NCBI GenBank assembly: GCA_044229985.1
Contig: JBGARY010000002.1
Coordinates: 81,420-145,419, forward strand
DNA: 64,000 bases
Reading direction: 5' to 3'
From: Chitinophagaceae bacterium
GTDB lineage: Bacteria > Bacteroidota > Bacteroidia > Chitinophagales > Chitinophagaceae
A program made the position numbers and the translations under genes. The notes beneath the pieces were generated by a model. The model was not told where the DNA came from. It saw nothing but the letters and a program-made list of their open reading frames with translations, and ran no database searches. Of this stretch, positions 27,101 through 34,271 are shown in pieces (the first letter of the stretch is position 1; each line of letters starts with the position of its first letter).

Positions 27101-27358
27101 GCGGCTAATAAATTTGCGGGCAAGGGGCTTGAAGAAATTATGAAAGCCGAAGGAATACGTTCATCACAATGGGATGGTGAAACCACTTTACGGGAATGTG
27201 GAAAAGTGAAAGGAAAAACAACGATGCTGTTTAATCCTAATACAGGCTGGGTTACTTTATTGATAAAAATTGATAACTGCCCTTTAATTGTAATCAAATA
27301 CAAAGTGAATAAAGATGGTGTGCCCATTTCAAAACCAAGTGTAAACAGGGTGCAATAA
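24179..27358 (+). CDS. large secreted hypothetical protein: Ig/IPT-like beta region, long coiled coil, glycine-zipper C-terminal module
   Basis: 1059-aa ORF. Signal peptide (LLLIGHLAAKAQ). Residues about 25-470 are S/T/N-rich with an IPT/TIG-like stretch (IKGQFDGNAENTKCMIDGNPIEILAESPRQCIVQLPQATSGPHNISV). Residues about 470-850 form a K/E/A/L/Q coiled coil. Residues 855-1059 are Gly-rich amphipathic plus a beta-rich end. No family recognised. Confidence 0.8.
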   Translation: MKPFTNHLKIFTCLLLIGHLAAKAQKISSEKGLTTAEFTLSEGKIIAYLPDDIRQGDFISGTVVMEPAGNTEKEKSRNIQSLQKHQLGLADGSTSQQGLSGFFNYTIKGSNLSFTLSANGSIISSLKVPLKSNIAAGSNLSIPSHVLTATPLPIKGQFDGNAENTKCMIDGNPIEILAESPRQCIVQLPQATSGPHNISVTENIKTTEKKICAVNMDINAGKLNLQKGENTYIDVIISGLQNLPATATLSVVNTSTSTVAMAGGNAQIITIEPTAVSQTGNFNKRFELQSISTGSFSVNVTLDLPESPSNPGSTASLCNCYINEQSCLIPFETCIALGGTTHPPVFKNDMPVTATKNSSFIPAVFLTVPGKPNPQTNQVTLQLNTLKDDIAAVIFSEKNVSGNDWRPAGTATNNGNNWTANWMPQIGNDGVHIIRAKVADKNNTSTELYTSTYLQLTPASINPVQGERINLTITDAQINKANQNVQQQAENLRRIQERLAGLRRKLEELITEMDKHKTMADELVANDKTLEKIPGLYTDSLKKLTDSLAKLKAALPPNPDPAALQKSANDAAQRAKDCEDRLNKLKQEKENAQKELDALNNEIENLLKQLDALHLGNNWVGGHGYHKDGGFWYGYVGDESSNTNIQNESNAISNKLKGLKKPQNAAKNRLKALDAEIAKAQEECDKLNKEKEKAENAAQKGNAMAAAETQIDELCRQIQALLDALKKWCATHPGVCHFNPELAGNPHTAAELDNYLSQLDNIIQKKKQKETELEKAAEEKSSEAQGTSNAIEAAEAEKRAAEDELAKAQAAADKLREEREKQLEEERAKKRKQEEEEKTASSAPKPAPTLPEPIDPSDKQIKFAALSMFRGLYTDYWIDKGPCDCTTKAIALANNTNTAASDVLGGLAIGVIFAPIESLPGLSLAAKLGIGAVKAIGSALYGGESFTDELAKNLFDVIGGEIFPKLLDSETAGNAANKFAGKGLEEIMKAEGIRSSQWDGETTLRECGKVKGKTTMLFNPNTGWVTLLIKIDNCPLIVIKYKVNKDGVPISKPSVNRVQ

Positions 27359-27412
27359 TCATTATAGCCGTTACAACAAAGCAATAATATAGCTGCATCC
27401 AATTGCTTATTT

Positions 27413-29266
27413 TTGGCGGCTAAAGCGGATTTTGTGCCTGATAAGATAAATCTATTACCTGATAATATTGCCAACCAGATAGCAGCCGGCGAAGTGATTC
27501 AGCGGCCGGCCAGCGCTGTGAAGGAATTGTTGGAAAATGCGGTAGATGCCGGCGCTACTGAAATAAAACTCATTATTGCTGATGCCGGTAAATCGCTGAT
27601 ACAGGTGATTGATAACGGCGTTGGAATGAGTGAAACAGACGCAAGAATGTGTTTTGAACGCCACGCCACTTCCAAAATAAAAAATATTGAAGATTTATTT
27701 CATATAAAAACAATGGGCTTCCGTGGGGAGGCGCTGGCTTCTATTGCGGCAGTGGCGCAGGTGGAACTGAAAACGAAAAGAGCCGATGATGAAACAGGTA
27801 CTTATATCGAAGTAGAGAATAGTTTGGTGAAAAAACAGGAACCGGTAGCAGCACCGAATGGTACCAGCATTGCCATGAAAAACTTATTCTTCAATGTGCC
27901 GGCCCGCCGTAATTTTTTGAAAAGTAATGCAGCAGAGATGCGCCATATCGTTGACGAGTTTACGAGAGTGGCCATGTCATTTCCGCAAATCCTGTTTACA
28001 CTTACTGCCAATAACCAACAGCTTTTTCATTTGGAGGCCGGAAGCCTGAAGCAACGTATTGTTCAGTTGCTGGGGAATAATTACAATGCTAAACTGGTAA
28101 CAGTTAAAGAAGAAACGGACTACCTGAACATTTATGGTTTTGTGGGCAAACCTGAAACGGCCAAGAAGACAAGAGGCGATCAATATTTCTTTGTGAACAA
28201 CCGCTTTATCAAAAGCCCTTACCTGAACCATGCAGTGATGAGTGCTTACCAGGAAATGATCCCTTCGGACAGTTTCCCGATGTATGTACTCTTTATTGAA
28301 CTGGACCCAACCGTGGTGGATGTGAATGTGCACCCGACCAAACAGGAAATAAAGTTTGAAGACGAAAAGATCATATATGCCTTTGTGCAGGCCGCTATCA
28401 AACATGCATTGGCGCAGTTCAGCGTAACGCCTACCCTGGATTTTGATTTGGATGCTTCGATACAACAATTGTCTTCTATTCAGCAACCGTTTACCGAAGA
28501 AAAAAGAACAGCTGCTGCATCCGGCTCCATCTTCAAGGGCTTTACGCAAAAAAACCAGGCGCATTTTATAGAGAAGAGTGAACGCAGTGAGTTGAAGAAC
28601 TGGAAAGACTTTTATGAGAGTCGGGAGCCGGGACTCAATAGTCATGAGTCAAAAACTGATACCCAACTCCAGACTCATGATTCACAACTCTCTATTCTGC
28701 AAAGTGCTGAACTGTCACAACTGCTCAATACTTATATTATTTCTCCGTCCAAAAACGGCTTCCTCCTTATCCACCAGCAGGCGGCGCATGAAAGAGTGTT
28801 GTATGAACAATTGAAGACAGCGAGTAAGGACAAACCGGTAGCTACACAGCGCAGCATGTTCCCTTCTACCCTGGAACTGACACCGGCTGATGCTGCAGTG
28901 ATGGAAGAAATTATCAGCGACCTGCAATACCTCGGTTATGTTATTGAACCTTTTGGCAAAAACAGTTATGTAATCCAGGGCACTCCTGCCGATGTGGAAG
29001 CCGGCAATGAAAGACATATCATTGATATTTTATTAGAGCAATACAAGCACTTCAGCCCGGAAGTGAAATTTTCCAAGAGGGAAAAGTTGATACGTTCCCT
29101 TGCAAGGCAACAAGCCATCAAAACCGGCACCCGGCTGACAGAAAGAGAATTGCGGCAGTTAGTAAATGATTTATTTGCCTGTGAGCAGCCGAATGTGACG
29201 CCTGATGGCAATCCGACCTATTTGGAGTTTAAGCAAGAACAATTAGAAAAGATGTTTGGAAAATAG
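27413..29266 (+). CDS. mutL: DNA mismatch repair protein MutL
   Basis: 617-aa ORF. GHKL ATPase motifs (IAAGEVIQRPASAVKELLENAVDAGAT, DNGVGM, GFRGEAL) and MutL C-terminal domain. TTG 27413 is the longest start; GTG 27434 (MPDKINLLPD) is equally plausible. Confidence 0.92.
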   Translation: MAAKADFVPDKINLLPDNIANQIAAGEVIQRPASAVKELLENAVDAGATEIKLIIADAGKSLIQVIDNGVGMSETDARMCFERHATSKIKNIEDLFHIKTMGFRGEALASIAAVAQVELKTKRADDETGTYIEVENSLVKKQEPVAAPNGTSIAMKNLFFNVPARRNFLKSNAAEMRHIVDEFTRVAMSFPQILFTLTANNQQLFHLEAGSLKQRIVQLLGNNYNAKLVTVKEETDYLNIYGFVGKPETAKKTRGDQYFFVNNRFIKSPYLNHAVMSAYQEMIPSDSFPMYVLFIELDPTVVDVNVHPTKQEIKFEDEKIIYAFVQAAIKHALAQFSVTPTLDFDLDASIQQLSSIQQPFTEEKRTAAASGSIFKGFTQKNQAHFIEKSERSELKNWKDFYESREPGLNSHESKTDTQLQTHDSQLSILQSAELSQLLNTYIISPSKNGFLLIHQQAAHERVLYEQLKTASKDKPVATQRSMFPSTLELTPADAAVMEEIISDLQYLGYVIEPFGKNSYVIQGTPADVEAGNERHIIDILLEQYKHFSPEVKFSKREKLIRSLARQQAIKTGTRLTERELRQLVNDLFACEQPNVTPDGNPTYLEFKQEQLEKMFGK

Positions 29267-29348
29267 GATCGCTGATGACGCTGATAGAACAGATATGAAC
29301 GGATCTCATCTGCGATAATCTGCTATATCCCTGTTATCTGTGTTCCCA

Positions 29349-30791
29349 TTAATACTTATTTCTGAGGCTTTGTAGAAATTTTTCAATAGCCCGCCTTATA
29401 TCAGTCGACGTGGCCTGATGATTGTTCACCAATGTTGAGAAGATGAGTAGCTTCCCCTTTTTAGTATATAAATAGCCGCTGAAGGCTACTACTCCGCTAA
29501 GGGTTCCGGTCTTGGCATAAATATAACCACTGTCTGCTTTGTAATAACTGCTGATCGTTCCTTCTCCGCCAGTCGGGAAGATGACCTTGATACGTTCCAT
29601 ACCAAATTCATTCTTCATTTTGTTAAGGATAGCAACAAAACTTTGCGGAGTAAATAAGTTATACCGGCTTAATCCGCTGCCATCTGCCCATCTTGGTTTT
29701 TGCGGCAGGTCTTTGAAGTCTGTTTTGAGAATGGTGTCAATGATCCTGGCATCATTCATTACTCCCAGCTTTTCATTACTTACCATCAAAAGGCTTTGCT
29801 CTGCAAAGAAATTATCGCTGCGGTGCATCATGGGTTTGAGGAGGGAGTCGGTGGGCTGGGAGTGGATTTTTAAATTATAGAAATTAAAATCTTTAAATGT
29901 ATTTTTTGTATAGAAGTTAAAATAGTCAAGAGTCAGTTTGGAATTTAAAGTGTCCTCCAAAATAGACTTCACATATTCAAAATCTCTTGTATCAAAAGTT
30001 ATATACTCATTCAATTGCTGATTTAATGACATCTTAAAGAAGAGTTCATTACTCCCAATTTCCCTTGCAATTTTGTAATACAACCTCTTCCCAGATCTTA
30101 TATATTCCATCAGTAAAGTTGTATCATAATAGTCCACATCGAAGTGTGGTGCAATTTGCTTTATCTTAGAATCATATGAAGGAGTAATTTGCAGTTCTGC
30201 ATTGGGCATTGCAAAATCGTAAATCTTAGAGTAAGGACTCTTTCTTTTTACATCAATCTTTCTCAGATTACCATAAACAGGCATTACTGAACGCTCCGCC
30301 ATGTAGGGTTCTAGATAATCACTCCAGGCCCAACCACTACCGAACCTATTTTCTTTCCAATTAAAAGTGCTTATTATAAGAGAATCAGTCCTTTTGCTCA
30401 AAAAATCAAAAACCGGGTGACTACGAAAATCCGGATGTAAAAAACTCGGGTCACCAGTAGCTTGAATAAACAATGCATTCTCACTTCTTCTATACTTCAA
30501 CCCCACCAAACTATCTCCCAAATATTTCATCGCTGCATAACAGGTCGGTATTTTGGTATTACTGGCCGGTACAAAGTATTTATCACCCTGGTAATTGTAT
30601 AGATATTTGTTATCAGCCGGATCGTAAATGCTGATACCCACATGGGCGGCCAGCAGGGCTTTGTTGCCCAACACTTCTTCTTTGGCTGACTTAGCAATTT
30701 GTTTGCTGACAGAACAGGAGGCTAAGAAAATTATGAATGATGAATTAAGAATTATGAATGGATATTTCAGTAAAAAAGTAGTTTTTCTCAT
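29349..30791 (-). CDS. dacB: D-alanyl-D-alanine carboxypeptidase/endopeptidase (PBP4, peptidase S13)
   Basis: 480-aa ORF. Signal/lipobox (IIFLASC), SxxK (ASNTK, res 77-80), SxN (RSDNF, res 325-327), KTG (AKTGTL). Confidence 0.85.
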   Translation of the reverse strand: MRKTTFLLKYPFIILNSSFIIFLASCSVSKQIAKSAKEEVLGNKALLAAHVGISIYDPADNKYLYNYQGDKYFVPASNTKIPTCYAAMKYLGDSLVGLKYRRSENALFIQATGDPSFLHPDFRSHPVFDFLSKRTDSLIISTFNWKENRFGSGWAWSDYLEPYMAERSVMPVYGNLRKIDVKRKSPYSKIYDFAMPNAELQITPSYDSKIKQIAPHFDVDYYDTTLLMEYIRSGKRLYYKIAREIGSNELFFKMSLNQQLNEYITFDTRDFEYVKSILEDTLNSKLTLDYFNFYTKNTFKDFNFYNLKIHSQPTDSLLKPMMHRSDNFFAEQSLLMVSNEKLGVMNDARIIDTILKTDFKDLPQKPRWADGSGLSRYNLFTPQSFVAILNKMKNEFGMERIKVIFPTGGEGTISSYYKADSGYIYAKTGTLSGVVAFSGYLYTKKGKLLIFSTLVNNHQATSTDIRRAIEKFLQSLRNKY

Positions 30792-30811
30792 TTGACGATT
30801 TAATTCATAAA

Positions 30812-31861
30812 TTATAATGAAACAATTTTACCTGAAGCAAAGCTCTCCAACGCTGCCTCAATGATCCGCATATTATTAATACCCTCGGCAGCAGGAACCG
30901 GGTTGGGTCCCTTGCCGGTCAATGCTTTGTACACATCATCATAATAACCCATGTAGTTACCGGGAGAAGAGGTGGTTTCCTTTCTTACAACTTCTCCATT
31001 GATTTCCGTATGCAATAACCCATCCGGCGCTGCCGGGGCAGGACACCAGTTTTCCACTAAAGGTTTTACACCCGCCTGCAGTTGTTGCTCCTGCATATCA
31101 GACCGCTGCTGCAAAAAACTTCCTTTCATGCCATGCAGGGTGTAGGCATAGGTTGATTCCCTGGCAATGCAGGTGGCTTTTAATCGTACTCTTAATTTAT
31201 CGTAATAAAAAAGGATCTCAAAATAATCTGGCGCCTCTACATCCTCCCTCATTCTCCATACATCCGCAAATACAGCTTTAGGAAATCCAAACAACTGAAT
31301 GGCCTGGTCCACCAAATGGGGCGAAAGATCATATAAAATGCCAGCCCCGGGCAGATCGCCTTCTTTGTGCTGCTTGCCGCCAAAAGAAGGACGATAGCGG
31401 TCATACCTTATTTCGGCTTCCCTCAAATCACCTAGTAAGCCTTGCTGCAAAACTTCTTTCACCGCCCGGTAATCACCATCATATCGGCGGTTTTGATACA
31501 CACTGACAAAGAGATTATTCTTTTCCGCAAAAGGGGCCAGTTCTTCTGCCTCTTTTACTGTTACGGTAAACGGTTTTTCTATCACCAGGTGCTTGCCTGA
31601 CTGCAGCACCAGCTTTGCCTGCTGATAATGTAAATGCGTAGGTGTATTCACCACGATCAGCTGCAAGTCTTTATCTGCACACAACTCCTCCACTGAGCGA
31701 TATAATTTGCTGTGAGGATATTTTTCCCGGGAATCATTTTTGTTCCTCTCTACAATGGCAGTCAGTTCATACCCCGGATGTGCATCAATGAATGGCGCAT
31801 GAAAAAGCTTACCACTCATGCCATAGGAACAAATGCCGGTTTTGAGGACGCCCCCACTCAT
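30812..31861 (-). CDS. Gfo/Idh/MocA-family oxidoreductase
   Basis: 349-aa ORF. N-terminal Rossmann region (GICSYGMSGKLFHAP) and EKP motif (LVIEKPF). Confidence 0.85.
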   Translation of the reverse strand: MSGGVLKTGICSYGMSGKLFHAPFIDAHPGYELTAIVERNKNDSREKYPHSKLYRSVEELCADKDLQLIVVNTPTHLHYQQAKLVLQSGKHLVIEKPFTVTVKEAEELAPFAEKNNLFVSVYQNRRYDGDYRAVKEVLQQGLLGDLREAEIRYDRYRPSFGGKQHKEGDLPGAGILYDLSPHLVDQAIQLFGFPKAVFADVWRMREDVEAPDYFEILFYYDKLRVRLKATCIARESTYAYTLHGMKGSFLQQRSDMQEQQLQAGVKPLVENWCPAPAAPDGLLHTEINGEVVRKETTSSPGNYMGYYDDVYKALTGKGPNPVPAAEGINNMRIIEAALESFASGKIVSL

Positions 31862-31886
31862 AGTTTTAAAATTGAAAGTTCGCTAT

Positions 31887-31901
31887 TCCCCTAAAGGGGG
31901 A
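31887..31901. repeat. near-palindromic 15-mer tcccctaaaggggga (copy 1)
   Basis: Exact reverse complement of 56602-56616. Intergenic C4/G5 hairpin. Confidence 0.4.
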
Positions 31902-31986
31902 GAATTTGAAGTTACATTAATGTTGGATTTGCAATGAAAATAAGTGTTGGTTTTTAAGCCTCTCATGCGGAGGGGTTGGGGAGGCC

Positions 31987-33120
31987 TTACCCCCTCTCCT
32001 GTGCCCTCAGCCAACGTTCCGGTATTTCATTACTGCTGGCCAGCAGGTAGTCTTTGTAGCTGCAGGCAATGAATTTTTTATCGGGCAGCTGCATCCACCA
32101 GCGGCCGGTTTTTTTGCTTTGCAGGAAAGTGGTTTCCACTTCGGCAAAAGCCGTATGGTATTCGTTGAAAGATTCTTTTTCGTCCAAAGAGGCTTCTCTT
32201 CTGCCGCGGCTTCGACCATCCAGCACATACCAGAGCATATGGGCAATCTGTTTGGCCGTCAGTTCGTCTTTATCATGCTGTGCATCATAACCATAAATGC
32301 CAATCGTATTAACATTCGGACTCATCCCTGCATAGCGCAACAAGACACAGGCTTCTTCGCCATTAAAGCCGTTGGGTGAAACCATATTGGCAGGTGCATA
32401 AGCATGGGCAATAGCGGTAATGTCAAAACTGAACAGGTTACTGTTACGGATCACCGGTTCCATTTCATCAATATTCTCTTTTACACTACCTACCCGGTAA
32501 CAATCAAAGCGAAGCTTATCCATCGTTTCCAGCATCCGCGGATGCACATAGTAACTCTGGAAACCGATATGATTGTAATGACGGAGGTGATTGGGCTCAC
32601 CAGTCAGCATTTCCATTAAAAAATTTTCATGCCGGAAAGGCGATTCAAGGTTCAGATCAATCAGTGCATCTACACAACTGGCTTCCACCAGTTTTTTGCT
32701 CTCTGCATAGGCCTGGTATTGCGATAATGTCAAATCATGGGAGCCGCCAAGAATAATCACTGTTTTACCATCCCCAATCAGTTCCTGCACCACTGTTTTT
32801 AATGCAGCATAAGAATCGGTGAATAAAGAGCCGGCCTTTATATTGCCAACATCGGCCACTTTGATATCCGTATGCCAATAGAACAAGGAGTAAAAATGAC
32901 GGCGGATAATATCGGGTGCATCGCTATGACCATGAATCAATCCGCTGCCCCGCTGCTCCCCGCAACCGACCAAAACGATCTGTGCTTCATCCAGGTCCGG
33001 AAAATGTTCCTGGTATGCATCCACAACTTTACCCAGTTGACCTTCCTTATAGCCTTCATCATGTGAAATAGCTGAGAGATTTACCGGGGAAAGAAAGTCG
33101 GAAATATTGAGGTGGTCCAT
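31987..33120 (-). CDS. arginase/agmatinase/formimidoylglutamase-fold protein (metal-ligand motifs look partly degenerate)
   Basis: 377-aa ORF. GGSHDLT matches the first ureohydrolase motif. The expected DAHxD reads DALID, and SxDxDxxDP reads SFDITAIAH. Confidence 0.75.
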   Translation of the reverse strand: MDHLNISDFLSPVNLSAISHDEGYKEGQLGKVVDAYQEHFPDLDEAQIVLVGCGEQRGSGLIHGHSDAPDIIRRHFYSLFYWHTDIKVADVGNIKAGSLFTDSYAALKTVVQELIGDGKTVIILGGSHDLTLSQYQAYAESKKLVEASCVDALIDLNLESPFRHENFLMEMLTGEPNHLRHYNHIGFQSYYVHPRMLETMDKLRFDCYRVGSVKENIDEMEPVIRNSNLFSFDITAIAHAYAPANMVSPNGFNGEEACVLLRYAGMSPNVNTIGIYGYDAQHDKDELTAKQIAHMLWYVLDGRSRGRREASLDEKESFNEYHTAFAEVETTFLQSKKTGRWWMQLPDKKFIACSYKDYLLASSNEIPERWLRAQERG

Positions 33121-33127
33121 GGTTACA

Positions 33128-33225
33128 AAGCTAAGAGATTGAAAGAGAAAAAGAAGGAAAAGAAGGTTTGCTATAGTATATGGAACCCCTCCTTTTCTCT
33201 TTCCACTCCTTTATCCTCTTAGCTT
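33128..33225. repeat. long imperfect polypurine/polypyrimidine inverted repeat in the arginase-like/pheS divergent region
   Basis: aagctaagag (33128-37) pairs perfectly with ctcttagctt (33216-25). gaaagagaaaa (33141-51) pairs with ttttctctttc (33193-33203). Further pairs continue inward. Confidence 0.6.
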
Positions 33226-33239
33226 ATCTTTGCACCCTT

Positions 33240-34271
33240 ATGGAACAATTGCTGAACAAGATTGAAGCGTATAAAAATGAAGCTGGCAGTACTGTTGCTG
33301 CTGATGCAAAAGCTGTGGAGGAATTTCGCATTAAATGGCTGGGCACAAAAGGTATTGTAAAAGAGATCATGGGTGAGATGAAAAATGTAGCTCCCGAAAA
33401 GAAAAAAGAGGCCGGTCAGTTGCTGAATGAGTTTAAAACTTTTATAGAAACCAAATTTCAGCAACTCAAAGAGGCAACCGAAAACCAACAACAAGGAACA
33501 AGCAACCAAATTGACCTTTCTTTACCCGGCGATGAGCTACCTATCGGTTCCCGTCACCCGGTTACAATGATGCGCAACAGGATCGTTTCCATTTTTCAAC
33601 GTTTGGGTTTTGCCGTAGCAGAAGGCCCGGAGATTGAAGACGACTGGCACAATTTCGGCGCCCTGAACTTACCTGAGCACCATCCTGCCCGTGATATGCA
33701 GGACACTTTTTATATTCAGCAAAACCCGGATTGGGTACTGCGTACCCATACCAGCAGTGTACAGATAAGGGAAATGGAAAAAGGGAAGCTGCCTATCCGT
33801 ATGCTGATGCCCGGCCGTGTGTACCGTAATGAAACCGTAAGTGCAAGAAGCCATTGTTTCTTTCACCAGGTGGAAGGGTTGTATATTGATGAGAATGTTT
33901 CTTTTGCCGACCTGAAGCAGACATTATACTTTTTTGTTAAAGAAATGTACGGCAAGGATGTAAAAGTTCGTTTTCGTCCTTCTTACTTCCCCTTTACCGA
34001 ACCCAGTGCTGAAATGGATGTAAGTTGCTTCATCTGCGGCGGCGATGGCTGTAATATCTGCAAGAAGACTGGTTGGGTAGAAATTTTAGGCTGCGGTATG
34101 GTACACCCGAATGTGTTATCCAACTGTGGTATTGATCCCAATAAATATACCGGCTTCGCTTTTGGTATGGGCATTGAAAGACCTGCCATGATGAAATACG
34201 GCATCAATGATATCCGCCTGTTCAGCGAAAATGATGTACGATTCCTGAAGCAGTTTACTTCGGCTATTTAG
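33240..34271 (+). CDS. pheS: phenylalanine--tRNA ligase alpha subunit
   Basis: Start moved from 33180 to ATG 33240 (MEQLLNKIEAYKNEA). Class II aaRS motifs FPFTEPSAE and GMGIERPAMM. Confidence 0.93.
   Translation: MEQLLNKIEAYKNEAGSTVAADAKAVEEFRIKWLGTKGIVKEIMGEMKNVAPEKKKEAGQLLNEFKTFIETKFQQLKEATENQQQGTSNQIDLSLPGDELPIGSRHPVTMMRNRIVSIFQRLGFAVAEGPEIEDDWHNFGALNLPEHHPARDMQDTFYIQQNPDWVLRTHTSSVQIREMEKGKLPIRMLMPGRVYRNETVSARSHCFFHQVEGLYIDENVSFADLKQTLYFFVKEMYGKDVKVRFRPSYFPFTEPSAEMDVSCFICGGDGCNICKKTGWVEILGCGMVHPNVLSNCGIDPNKYTGFAFGMGIERPAMMKYGINDIRLFSENDVRFLKQFTSAI

Noticed and set aside
24179-27358. Calling the giant protein an RHS/polymorphic toxin or a T9SS cargo
   Set aside because: It has no YD repeats and no recognisable toxin, immunity pair or T9SS C-terminal tail pattern. 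Only the generic architecture is supportable from the sequence.
26803-27474. 223-aa minus-strand ORF antisense to the 3' part of the giant gene and the mutL start
   Set aside because: The translation is low-complexity S/A/L/P-rich and mirrors the K/E/A coiled-coil codons. It overlaps two well-supported plus-strand genes. The same reasoning applies to 25540..25977, 26467..26799 and 26547..26774.
27977-28645. 222-aa ORF antisense to mutL
   Set aside because: It is a shadow ORF inside a gene with unambiguous MutL motifs, and it has no motifs of its own.
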